NCBI GenBank assembly: GCA_028715965.1
Contig: JAQUQS010000003.1
Span: 14,494-78,493 of the forward strand
DNA from: Candidatus Omnitrophota bacterium
Lineage (GTDB): Bacteria > Omnitrophota > Gorgyraeia > Tantalellales > Tantalellaceae
Direction: 5' to 3'
Length of the DNA: 64,000 bases
Part shown: positions 56,539 to 64,000 of the stretch, in pieces
Position numbering within the stretch: position 1 is the first letter of the stretch
How the letters are laid out: each line of letters starts with the position of its first letter
The notes under the pieces: generated by a model
What the model was told of the DNA's origin: nothing
The model's database searches: none
What the model saw: the letters and a program-made list of their open reading frames with translations, nothing else
Program-made: the position numbers and the translations under genes

Positions 56539-57681
56539 TCATTCGGTACGTTTGGGTATAGAAACAAAGAACGTGGTACCCCTGTCCTTCGAGGACTCGT
56601 ACCAGATCTTTCCGTCAAGATAGCGTTCGGCAAAAAGCCGCGCGCTGTAGGTACCTATGCCGCGTCCAGGACCTTTCGTGCTGAAGGAACGTTGAAAAAG
56701 CTGGTGCCGTATCTCTGGCGGCATGACGGTAGCGTTATGTATATGAAAAACTATGTCTTTCCCGGACCCGATGGAACACCCTATGGTCACCGTCTCGTTC
56801 ACCCCGGCTGATTCCAGGGCGTTCTTCAAAAGATTAAGGAGAACCCTTCTTAAAAGGGTCTTATCCGTATTTATCCTGGCCTCACCGTCGCATTCCACAT
56901 TAATGAGCTTTTTCGAGCCCAGGCTGCCTTTACCGCAGAAGAGCACTATCTCATTGAGTATCTCCTGCACCCTGACCTCTTTTTTCTTCATGATATACGC
57001 GTCCTTTTCCGCGTAGACCAGGTCTCTCTGCCCCTCTATAACGTCAATCATACGCATGGTGAACATATGCATCTTGTCGGTTATATCCTCATTTTTATCT
57101 ATCCTGCCCTTACGGGCCATTTCGATATAACCCTTGAGGAGTGACGCCTCGTTCAGCACATCGTGGAAGAACACGCGTTCAAGCGCGTGGCGTCTTTTCT
57201 CGTCGCTTACGTCCTCTATGATGAATACCGTGAATTTCTTGCCGTCCAGGCGTATGGGCGTAGCCCATACCCTCAGGTCAAGCGCCGTCTCTCCCTTGGC
57301 GGCGCGCATGGTCATCCGGCATTCCTGCACGTTCTCGACCCCGTTCTGGGCGGACAATATGGCGTTGACCGCGCCGCATTCCATGCAGAATTCCGAAGTG
57401 CCACATCCGGACTCCTCTATGTCACTATGCAGGCAATTAAAGACCTCCCCTGGCCGCTTGCCCAGGATATCGGATATATCGTCCTGCCCAAGAAAGCGCA
57501 GGCACATGGAATTACAGAAAACTATCTGCCGGCAATCGTTAATGAAAAGTACTATCTCGGGGAACGCGTTTATAGTTTGCTCGAACAGTTCTTTATTTGA
57601 GAATTTCTCTGTCTCGGCCAGCACTTCCTCTCGGGAAAGCCTTTCGGGAGAAGCGAACTTTGTGTTCTTTTGCCCGTCCAT
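56539..57681 (-). CDS. cytoplasmic PAS-domain sensor histidine kinase with Cys-rich sensor region
   Basis: 380 aa. The PAS-like N-terminus carries C83-x9-C93-x5-C99-x2-C102. The putative H-box is FFHDVLNEAS. HATPase_c has the N-box LLKNALESAG and the G-box GPGRGIGTYS. Confidence 0.75.
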   Translation of the reverse strand: MDGQKNTKFASPERLSREEVLAETEKFSNKELFEQTINAFPEIVLFINDCRQIVFCNSMCLRFLGQDDISDILGKRPGEVFNCLHSDIEESGCGTSEFCMECGAVNAILSAQNGVENVQECRMTMRAAKGETALDLRVWATPIRLDGKKFTVFIIEDVSDEKRRHALERVFFHDVLNEASLLKGYIEMARKGRIDKNEDITDKMHMFTMRMIDVIEGQRDLVYAEKDAYIMKKKEVRVQEILNEIVLFCGKGSLGSKKLINVECDGEARINTDKTLLRRVLLNLLKNALESAGVNETVTIGCSIGSGKDIVFHIHNATVMPPEIRHQLFQRSFSTKGPGRGIGTYSARLFAERYLDGKIWYESSKDRGTTFFVSIPKRTE

Positions 57682-57743
57682 TTGAACCCTTCTGAGCTAT
57701 TGGGTGGTAAATATTGATCATGGATCGTATACTTGTTAGTAAT

Positions 57744-57772
57744 ATTATAGCAATTCAACAGCTTCGCTACAA
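57744..57772 (-). promoter_or_regulatory. putative promoter (-35 TTGTAG, 17-nt spacer, -10 TATAAT) for the PAS kinase gene
   Basis: Minus strand reads CATTGTAGCGAAGCTGTTGAATTGCTATAATATTAC. It sits about 60 nt upstream of the ATG at 57679-57681. Confidence 0.4.
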
Positions 57773-57851
57773 TGCATAAATCGAGGCTTTTAGAGAGAAA
57801 ATGATCTGTAAGGCCGGAAAAAGTCAGTTCGCGGATCGTCCCCGGAAAGGA

Positions 57852-59732
57852 TCACTTGTATCCGGACATTTTCATGTAGGGCTTAAGTCTTTCGTCGTAT
57901 AGCGGCGGTATCTCCTGTCCATATTTCGCGGCAAGATCCCGGTACTCCACCGCCACATAATACTGCCCTTTCAGGTAATACAATATGGATAGGTTAAGAT
58001 ACGCTTTGGCGTATCCGGTATCATACATAACGGCTTTCCTGAACTCGGCTATGGCGTCATCAAGCCTGCCGCGGTCCTTATATATGGTCCCGAGATTATT
58101 GTACGCCTTGGCGTATCCCGGCTCCAGCTTAATGGCTTTCTTATACAGGAACTCCGCTTCTCCCGAGCGCCCCGTATTCAGGTAAAGTGTGCCCAGGTTA
58201 TTATATGTCTCTATGAACTCCGGATCCATTTTCATGGCATGCTTCAGCACTTTCTCCGCCTGGATCCTTTCATTGAGATAAGCGAGCTCTATGGCCAGGT
58301 TATTATACGCCATCATAAAACCCGGGTCTATCCCGATGACCTTCTTGTACAACTCCACCGATTCTTTTTTCTTTCCTTTCTCCGCGTATATTATGGCCAG
58401 GTTGTAATACGCGTCGCGGCCTTCCGGGTCAAGCTCTATGGCCCGCGAGTAGGCTTCCTCAGCCCTGTCCAACTCACCGATATTCCTGTATGCCAGCCCA
58501 AGGTTATAATGCATGCGCGCGCTATCCGGCGTGTATTCCAGGGTCCTTTGGTAAAACGCTATCGGGTCTTTCCAATACCCGTTCTGTTTGAACGATAAAG
58601 CCGTCCAGAAGAACACCACCATGGTAAGGGCGATGCATGCCGCCCTTCTATCCCCTCGCGCGGAGAACAGCCATCCGGGTATCATGATAAAAATGCCGAT
58701 GAACGGCATATACATATAGTGCTCGGCCATGTAAAAAGCCACCGGATACAGGTTCGCTACCGGGAGCAAAAGAACAAAGAACCAGCATATGGAAAAAGAC
58801 GTGATCGGACTTTGTCCCCTCCTCTTTATCGCCAGGACCATGAGCGCCACCGCGATAAGAACGCCCGCCAGGACAACTGGCTCGTTCATCGAGAACAAGC
58901 GGGCCCCATAATCCGCGTGGAGCCCGGCCGGGACGATAAATATCCTGAAATACCCGGCTATCGCGGCAAAAGCCCCGGGCACCCTTTCCAGCATGGAACT
59001 CGCCGTTAATTTCTCATGCCCCAGGATGTTCCCCATGACCGAAAAACGCAGCGCGATATACGCCGTGTCCACCAACAGGATAGATAGTATCCTGGCAACG
59101 TCCGCTTTCTTCCGATACGCCCAGTGATACCCCGCTATCATCGCCGGAAGCACTATGCTGTTCTCCTTGAAAAAAAGGGCCATGACAAAACAAAGAAGTG
59201 AAACCCCGAAAAAAAAGCTCCCCTTCTCGCTGCAGGCGCACTTTATGTAAGCCCCCATGGCCATTATAATAAAAAGACCGGCCAGCATATCCGCCCTTCC
59301 CGAAACATACGCCACGGCATCCACCTGGGCGGGATGGACCAGGAACATGATAGCGGCGAAAAAAGCCACGGGCCGGGCCCCTGAAAGCATCATTACCATT
59401 AGGAACAAAGCGTAAGATACGGCTACGTGCATGAGAACGTTCAGCGCGTGGTACCAGAAAGCGTCCGGGCCGAACACCATGTGATTGAACATATACGTCA
59501 TGATGGTGAGCGGACGGTAGAACCCATACTGCAGGCCGGCTCCCCCGCCCCAATCCCGGCTGAAAATATCGGGGACATGTGATATGTCCTTTATGAAACT
59601 GTTATCCACTATGAGGGGACCGTCGTCCCACACGAACCCGCCCTGCATGGAGGGAAAGTATATGATCGCGCCCAGGACCAGCATAAGCGCAAGTACCGCG
59701 TATTTGTTAGTTAATATCCGCCCCACGCCCAC
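57852..59732 (-). CDS. TPR-repeat membrane protein with TMTC/DUF1736-like polytopic N-terminal domain
   Basis: About 11 TM helices followed by 6-7 TPR repeats (AYNNLG... repeated). GTG start with AGGGG 8 nt upstream. Confidence 0.7.
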   Translation of the reverse strand: MGVGRILTNKYAVLALMLVLGAIIYFPSMQGGFVWDDGPLIVDNSFIKDISHVPDIFSRDWGGGAGLQYGFYRPLTIMTYMFNHMVFGPDAFWYHALNVLMHVAVSYALFLMVMMLSGARPVAFFAAIMFLVHPAQVDAVAYVSGRADMLAGLFIIMAMGAYIKCACSEKGSFFFGVSLLCFVMALFFKENSIVLPAMIAGYHWAYRKKADVARILSILLVDTAYIALRFSVMGNILGHEKLTASSMLERVPGAFAAIAGYFRIFIVPAGLHADYGARLFSMNEPVVLAGVLIAVALMVLAIKRRGQSPITSFSICWFFVLLLPVANLYPVAFYMAEHYMYMPFIGIFIMIPGWLFSARGDRRAACIALTMVVFFWTALSFKQNGYWKDPIAFYQRTLEYTPDSARMHYNLGLAYRNIGELDRAEEAYSRAIELDPEGRDAYYNLAIIYAEKGKKKESVELYKKVIGIDPGFMMAYNNLAIELAYLNERIQAEKVLKHAMKMDPEFIETYNNLGTLYLNTGRSGEAEFLYKKAIKLEPGYAKAYNNLGTIYKDRGRLDDAIAEFRKAVMYDTGYAKAYLNLSILYYLKGQYYVAVEYRDLAAKYGQEIPPLYDERLKPYMKMSGYK

Positions 59733-59888
59733 TCTTAACCCCTATCGTTATGTCCGAAATACTAACGCGAGTCGCGACCATCATCCCCATAGTATGAATA
59801 TACCAGCTCTCGGCCGGTAAGTCATTTATAAGAACGTTATTTTTAACAGATCCGCCACATCGTCACCCAAAGCGGTCGCGGGAGGATA

Positions 59889-61184
59889 TTAATGGAAATA
59901 CCGGAGCCAAAGATAGAACGTGCATATGACCATGGACTGTAGCATGAACATTGATCCGTACTTGAAGAAAGTCCCGAAAGTGACAGGGCACTTATTCCTC
60001 TCACCTATCTTAGCCATTACGATATTGGCGGAAGCCCCGATAAGCGTGCCGTTGCCACCGAGACAGGCGCCCAGCACAAGCGCCCACCATATGGGCTGGA
60101 AAGAGGCCTCGCTCATACCACTGCCAGCGGCGGTGGTGAAGTACCCTGAAAAATGTTTTATCAAGGGTATCATGGTTATCACGAACGGTATATTATCGAG
60201 TATGGCCGAGAAAATGGCCGATCCCCACAGTATTATCATGCATAGCATGAAGAAATTATGCCCGGCCGCTTTCAGTATAGCGGAACCTATGAACGCGATG
60301 ACCCCATTGACCTCTAGAGCCGATATCATCATGAACATACCGATAAAGAAAAAGATAACACCCCATTCTATTTTCACGAATGTTTCTTCCGGCTTGAACC
60401 GGGTCACTATAAGCATGAGCATACTTCCGCCGAGCGCTATTATGCCCGGTTCCGTGTTTATCGCGTTATGGAGGAAAAACCCGACAAATATCAGCCCCAT
60501 TACGGCCAGGGCCTTGATCATATTAGGCTTGTCAACTATGGCCAGGGAGGGCACTGCCCTGGCCAAGCGTTCTTTGATCTCATCGGCTACTGCCAGGTCT
60601 TTTCTGAACAGGAAAAAAGCCGTCGCGACGAAAGCAATGAATATTACGACGACCACCGGGCCCAGATTCAGGAGGAAACTGTTGAAGGACAGCCCTGCCT
60701 TGGACCCGACTATGATATTCGGAGGGTCCCCTATAAGGGTAGCGGTCCCCCCGATATTGGATACCATGGCCTCAAGCATTATCACCGGGGCCGGAGATAT
60801 CTCCATGAGCTGCATAATAAGTATGGTTACGGGCGCGAGAAGTATTATGGTGGTCACATTGTCCAATAATGCTGAAAGCACGGCCGTAGCGGACAGGAGA
60901 AGGAACGTTATCACCCAGGGATCACCTTTCGATACCTTGGCGATGCTTATGGCTATCCACTCGAAGAACCCGGTCTTGGACAATATATAGACGCTCGTCA
61001 TCATGCCGACCAGGAGGAATATCACGTTGAAATCGACGGACGCGATAGCCTCCTCGAACGAAACAAGGTGCAACATAACGACAAGCGCGGCGCCTGTAAT
61101 GGCGACCACCATCTTGTTCAGTTTTTCCATGGCGAACAGGCAATACGCCATGACAAATATCACTACGGATAATAACGCGTTCAT
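59889..61184 (-). CDS. ArsB/NhaD-family anion permease
   Basis: 431 aa with 10-12 TM helices and an inverted-repeat topology. Family pattern LLDNVTTIILLAPV. Confidence 0.65.
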   Translation of the reverse strand: MNALLSVVIFVMAYCLFAMEKLNKMVVAITGAALVVMLHLVSFEEAIASVDFNVIFLLVGMMTSVYILSKTGFFEWIAISIAKVSKGDPWVITFLLLSATAVLSALLDNVTTIILLAPVTILIMQLMEISPAPVIMLEAMVSNIGGTATLIGDPPNIIVGSKAGLSFNSFLLNLGPVVVVIFIAFVATAFFLFRKDLAVADEIKERLARAVPSLAIVDKPNMIKALAVMGLIFVGFFLHNAINTEPGIIALGGSMLMLIVTRFKPEETFVKIEWGVIFFFIGMFMMISALEVNGVIAFIGSAILKAAGHNFFMLCMIILWGSAIFSAILDNIPFVITMIPLIKHFSGYFTTAAGSGMSEASFQPIWWALVLGACLGGNGTLIGASANIVMAKIGERNKCPVTFGTFFKYGSMFMLQSMVICTFYLWLRYFH

Positions 61185-61203
61185 TTTCCACCAGCCATTC
61201 GGT

Positions 61204-62130
61204 TCAAAAGAAAAGTATTTTATCTATGATACAGAACCTGTCTATTACCCCCTCCAGGGTCCCGTCCTCCTGGAGCACGAAAAGTTTAGATTTGTTCTTC
61301 ACCGTCATTTCGAATATTACCTCCAAAAGCGTAGCGTCTTTCCCGATAGACTCGGTATCCCGGACATACATATCCTTTACCCTGAGGTCCTTCTTTATCT
61401 TAAAATACTTCTCGAAAGGGTCTATATGTTTCACGAAAGATATGGTGTTAAGTTGCTTGAAGAAATCCGGCATGCCGTACTCAAAGATATCAAGACATGA
61501 TATTTCACCACGGAACGTTCCCTTATCGTCCAGGACGGGCAATATATCCAGTTTGTTCAAATGCATTTTCCGGGCGGCTTCCTCTATCTGGTCCTCCAGC
61601 CCTATAGTACATATCGCGGGCCTCGACAGGTCCCTTGCCAGGATCTCTTTGGGGGAATTCACCCGTGAGTCCCTGAAAATATCAAGGACTTCGTTCATAT
61701 CCAGCGATCCAGGGCGAACGTGCCCGGCTTCCTCGGCGTTCTTCACGGCCCTTATTATAGCCGCCATGACCTGGAGCACTATATACGGTTCTGCGGAGGA
61801 GGATAACAGAAGAAAAACAAAACGCACAGGTTGGCCGTCCAGGCTGGCGAAATCCATGCCGTTGTTAAAAACAGCCATGGCCATGGAGGGCTCCCCCCAT
61901 CCTGCCACGCGGGCATGGGGGAACGCCAACCCGTTGCCTATCCCCGTGGTCTGCATCCTTTCCCTCTCGACAATAGCCCTATACGCGTCCTCTTTCCCCA
62001 CTTTACGCGCGCTGCCGGGGGACACCTCATATATCCTGTCGAGAAGTTTCCTTATTACCACGTCTTTGGGGAGCGCGGCGCTTTCCTCTATTATCAGTTC
62101 TTTCTTCAGTATTTTTTTGAGATCGACCAT
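61204..62130 (-). CDS. PTS EIIA type-2 (EIIA-Ntr/Fru-like) domain fused to a CBS-domain pair
   Basis: Active-site motif GIGNGLAFPHAR. Two C-terminal CBS repeats. Confidence 0.7.
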   Translation of the reverse strand: MVDLKKILKKELIIEESAALPKDVVIRKLLDRIYEVSPGSARKVGKEDAYRAIVERERMQTTGIGNGLAFPHARVAGWGEPSMAMAVFNNGMDFASLDGQPVRFVFLLLSSSAEPYIVLQVMAAIIRAVKNAEEAGHVRPGSLDMNEVLDIFRDSRVNSPKEILARDLSRPAICTIGLEDQIEEAARKMHLNKLDILPVLDDKGTFRGEISCLDIFEYGMPDFFKQLNTISFVKHIDPFEKYFKIKKDLRVKDMYVRDTESIGKDATLLEVIFEMTVKNKSKLFVLQEDGTLEGVIDRFCIIDKILFF

Positions 62131-62267
62131 CTTTCACCTTCTTGTCTACGCTATACGTGATCATCCTGTTCACGCACCGGGATACACTGATCCGGACAGT
62201 TTGTTCTTTTTTACAAGTGTTTTTAAAAAAGGAAGGTTGTTATAGAAAGACTTACTTGATATCTGGT

Positions 62268-62296
62268 ATTTTAACTCAAAATCGTCAAATATTCAA
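62268..62296 (-). promoter_or_regulatory. putative promoter (-35 TTGAAT, 17-nt spacer, -10 TAAAAT) giving a roughly 130-nt leader ahead of the EIIA-CBS gene
   Basis: Minus strand reads TTGAATATTTGACGATTTTGAGTTAAAATACC. -35 box at 62291-62296, -10 box at 62268-62273. Confidence 0.4.
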
Positions 62297-62372
62297 ATAT
62301 CACTTTGAAACAACGAACAGGCCGACTTCCAGGCTGGATGCCATGATATCCCGGGACAAGACGCGACGGGCT

Positions 62373-62978
62373 TCACTCCCGCTCTTTAACAAAAAGCAGG
62401 GGAAAAACGATATCGCTCACACAACACGGCAGCCATACCGACAGGAACAGGAAAAAGAAAATTCCCAGGTACACATATGAACTGTATTCCCCGCCCATAG
62501 CCATCAATATATGGAAAAGCGACGCCCATGTGCTGAGAAGCACGTGGGCGGCATGCGGGAATTTCGTGTGAGGATAAATGTATGCCAGAGCTATACCAAC
62601 AAAAGCGGCCGGGTTGACCAGCCACCATTCCTCGATGAACCCTATGTGGGGCGCCCTGTATTGCAGGCCCAGCATGGTCTCTCCCAGATAAGGTATAAGT
62701 GAATCGCTTAAGGTAGCAATGCCTACCGACCCGACATATCCTATGAGTATGAATTTCAGGACATTCAGCTTTTTGCCGTTCTGCAGGATGTAAAGTTTGT
62801 ACATTGAAGCGGTGACAAGCGCGCTTAGCACCACGTGAAGGGGGTGAAAAACATAGAAAAGTCGGTGAGCCAGGTCATGGGACATACCCATCGTAAGTTC
62901 CATGCATATAATACCCGTAAGCGCCCCGAAGAACGTGAACGGCATATGTTGTTTCAGCTCATGTGCTATCCTATTCAT
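62373..62978 (-). CDS. hypothetical His-rich polytopic membrane protein
   Basis: 201 aa with 5-6 TM helices and several intramembrane His residues (HDLAHRLFYVFHPLH, HAAHVL). Confidence 0.45.
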   Translation of the reverse strand: MNRIAHELKQHMPFTFFGALTGIICMELTMGMSHDLAHRLFYVFHPLHVVLSALVTASMYKLYILQNGKKLNVLKFILIGYVGSVGIATLSDSLIPYLGETMLGLQYRAPHIGFIEEWWLVNPAAFVGIALAYIYPHTKFPHAAHVLLSTWASLFHILMAMGGEYSSYVYLGIFFFLFLSVWLPCCVSDIVFPLLFVKERE

Positions 62979-63009
62979 GGCTCACCTCTTCCCCGGCCCG
63001 AAAAATCTG

Positions 63010-63933
63010 TCAACGAACCTGCTTTATGAGGGCCGTTTTACCGGCACGTACGATCCCGATCACGACCATGGCCGTTACGAACGTTATTACCACTCCGGCC
63101 AACCCTGAAAGACCTGTCGACAGCGCCTCCCCGCTTATCGCCGGTATGGAATAATCCGGCATCGGGCTTACAAAAGAAGGAGCCGCGTCATGCAGGAACC
63201 TGTACTTCTCCGCCACCCATTCTAGCCCATCAGGATATCCGCTCGCGAAAGGGCTTAAAATAGCGGCTGTTATTCCCGCCACCGCGAGTGGGGCCACAGC
63301 GGAACGTCTGTCCGTTACTACGGCTACTTTCCCGCTGAAAGCCGCGTAAGCCGCGATGGTTATCAATCCCTCTCCTACCCCTATGACAGCATGCACTCCC
63401 AGCATGGAAGGTAATACCTTCCCGATCTCTACGGTCCCGGATATGGCCAGCTCGAGACTGCAAGCCAACGCCGCCGACATTATGGAGACCCATGCTATGA
63501 ACCCGAGCCCGATAAGGTATCCCGACGACCCGTCAGAGGTCTTACGGGCAAGAAGGTTATGCAGTATCCCCCCGATACCGGCGCCTATAACGGCCATATT
63601 CAGAATATTAGCCCCCAGCACGGAAAAACCCCCGTCGGAGAATACGATACACTGTATGCTCACTACAAGGGCCATCGAAAGCAGCCCGAACGGCAGGCCA
63701 AGCAAGGCCACGGCCAGCGCCGCCCCGAGAAAATGTCCGGAGGTCCCGTTCTGCACAGGGAAATTCATCATTTGCGCGGCGAAAATAAAGGCCGTTATGG
63801 CCCCGAACCTGGCCGCGGATATCTTTACTTTGGATATGGCGGCGGCTACACCCGCCATTATGACGCTAGCGGTACTTATCGCGGCGGTAACGGGACATAT
63901 GGCCCCATTCAGCATGGAATTTGGAATATGCAT
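63010..63933 (-). CDS. cbiM: ECF-transporter substrate-capture component CbiM/NikM fused to a PDGLE domain
   Basis: N-terminus MHIPNSML, typical of CbiM/NikM, with the C-terminal YPDGLEW motif. Confidence 0.7.
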   Translation of the reverse strand: MHIPNSMLNGAICPVTAAISTASVIMAGVAAAISKVKISAARFGAITAFIFAAQMMNFPVQNGTSGHFLGAALAVALLGLPFGLLSMALVVSIQCIVFSDGGFSVLGANILNMAVIGAGIGGILHNLLARKTSDGSSGYLIGLGFIAWVSIMSAALACSLELAISGTVEIGKVLPSMLGVHAVIGVGEGLITIAAYAAFSGKVAVVTDRRSAVAPLAVAGITAAILSPFASGYPDGLEWVAEKYRFLHDAAPSFVSPMPDYSIPAISGEALSTGLSGLAGVVITFVTAMVVIGIVRAGKTALIKQVR

Positions 63934-64000
63934 TTCAACCCTCCTCCTTGGACCTGTCTTATAGCACTAAAAGTCTACCTGCCCTCTTACTCCGTAAACA

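Noticed and set aside
59920-62245. 356-aa and 339-aa plus-strand ORFs antisense to the ArsB/NhaD and EIIA-CBS genes
   Set aside because: Low-complexity Ser/Ile-rich translations. The sense-strand genes carry diagnostic motifs.
62142-62480. 112-aa ORF in the 242-bp intergenic region upstream of the EIIA-CBS gene
   Set aside because: It starts in AT-rich promoter DNA and runs antisense into the next gene. No RBS. The region is better explained as promoter plus leader.
1-64000. CRISPR arrays, IS elements, integrases, prophage or defence-system genes
   Set aside because: None found. No repeat-spacer periodicity, no transposase, integrase or recombinase-like ORFs, and no nuclease, helicase or ATPase genes of unknown function.

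Overview
This 64 kb window appears to be an ordinary, densely packed bacterial chromosomal region of about 53% GC. I count about 60 protein-coding genes, and 56 of them sit on the minus strand. I found no rRNA, tRNA, CRISPR array, transposase, integrase or recognisable defence system.

Recognisable content, left to right:
- tsaC/sua5, truncated at the window edge
- purC
- GTP-dependent PEP carboxykinase
- endonuclease V
- a lipoylation and glycine-cleavage operon (lipA, gcvT, gcvH, gcvPA, gcvPB and an LplA/LipM-like ligase) next to a single-polypeptide pyruvate:ferredoxin oxidoreductase
- recR and dnaX
- a family-8 glycosyltransferase and a ROK kinase
- an NMT1-like binding protein paired with a putative outer-membrane barrel
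- a long co-directional operon: GH65 phosphorylase, a beta-phosphoglucomutase/trehalose-6-P-phosphatase fusion, a pseudo-receiver response regulator, exbB, exbD, tonB, two small envelope proteins and crcB
- a GGDEF diguanylate cyclase
- thiE-thiS-thiG-thiH-thiF behind a clear TPP riboswitch with a terminator expression platform
- citrate synthase with an apparently leaderless promoter
- mscS and a DUF2892 protein
- an MMPL/RND exporter with a LolA-like protein and an outer-membrane barrel, downstream of an ArsR regulator whose promoter carries a 36-bp palindromic operator
- a NapH-like polyferredoxin with a Tat-signal DUF362 protein
- a small phosphoribosyltransferase, corA
- an eight-gene two-component signalling island with a 1229-aa multi-PAS kinase
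- a TPR/TMTC-like membrane protein
- a PTS-EIIA-CBS protein with an ArsB/NhaD permease
- a CbiM-PDGLE ECF component at the right edge

Several sigma70-like promoters with a TTGACA -35 box and three rho-independent terminators can be read directly from the sequence. The most interesting items are uncharacterised gene associations and regulatory architecture rather than a clearly novel system. The long antisense ORFs in the six-frame track lie inside well-supported genes and are treated as artefacts.
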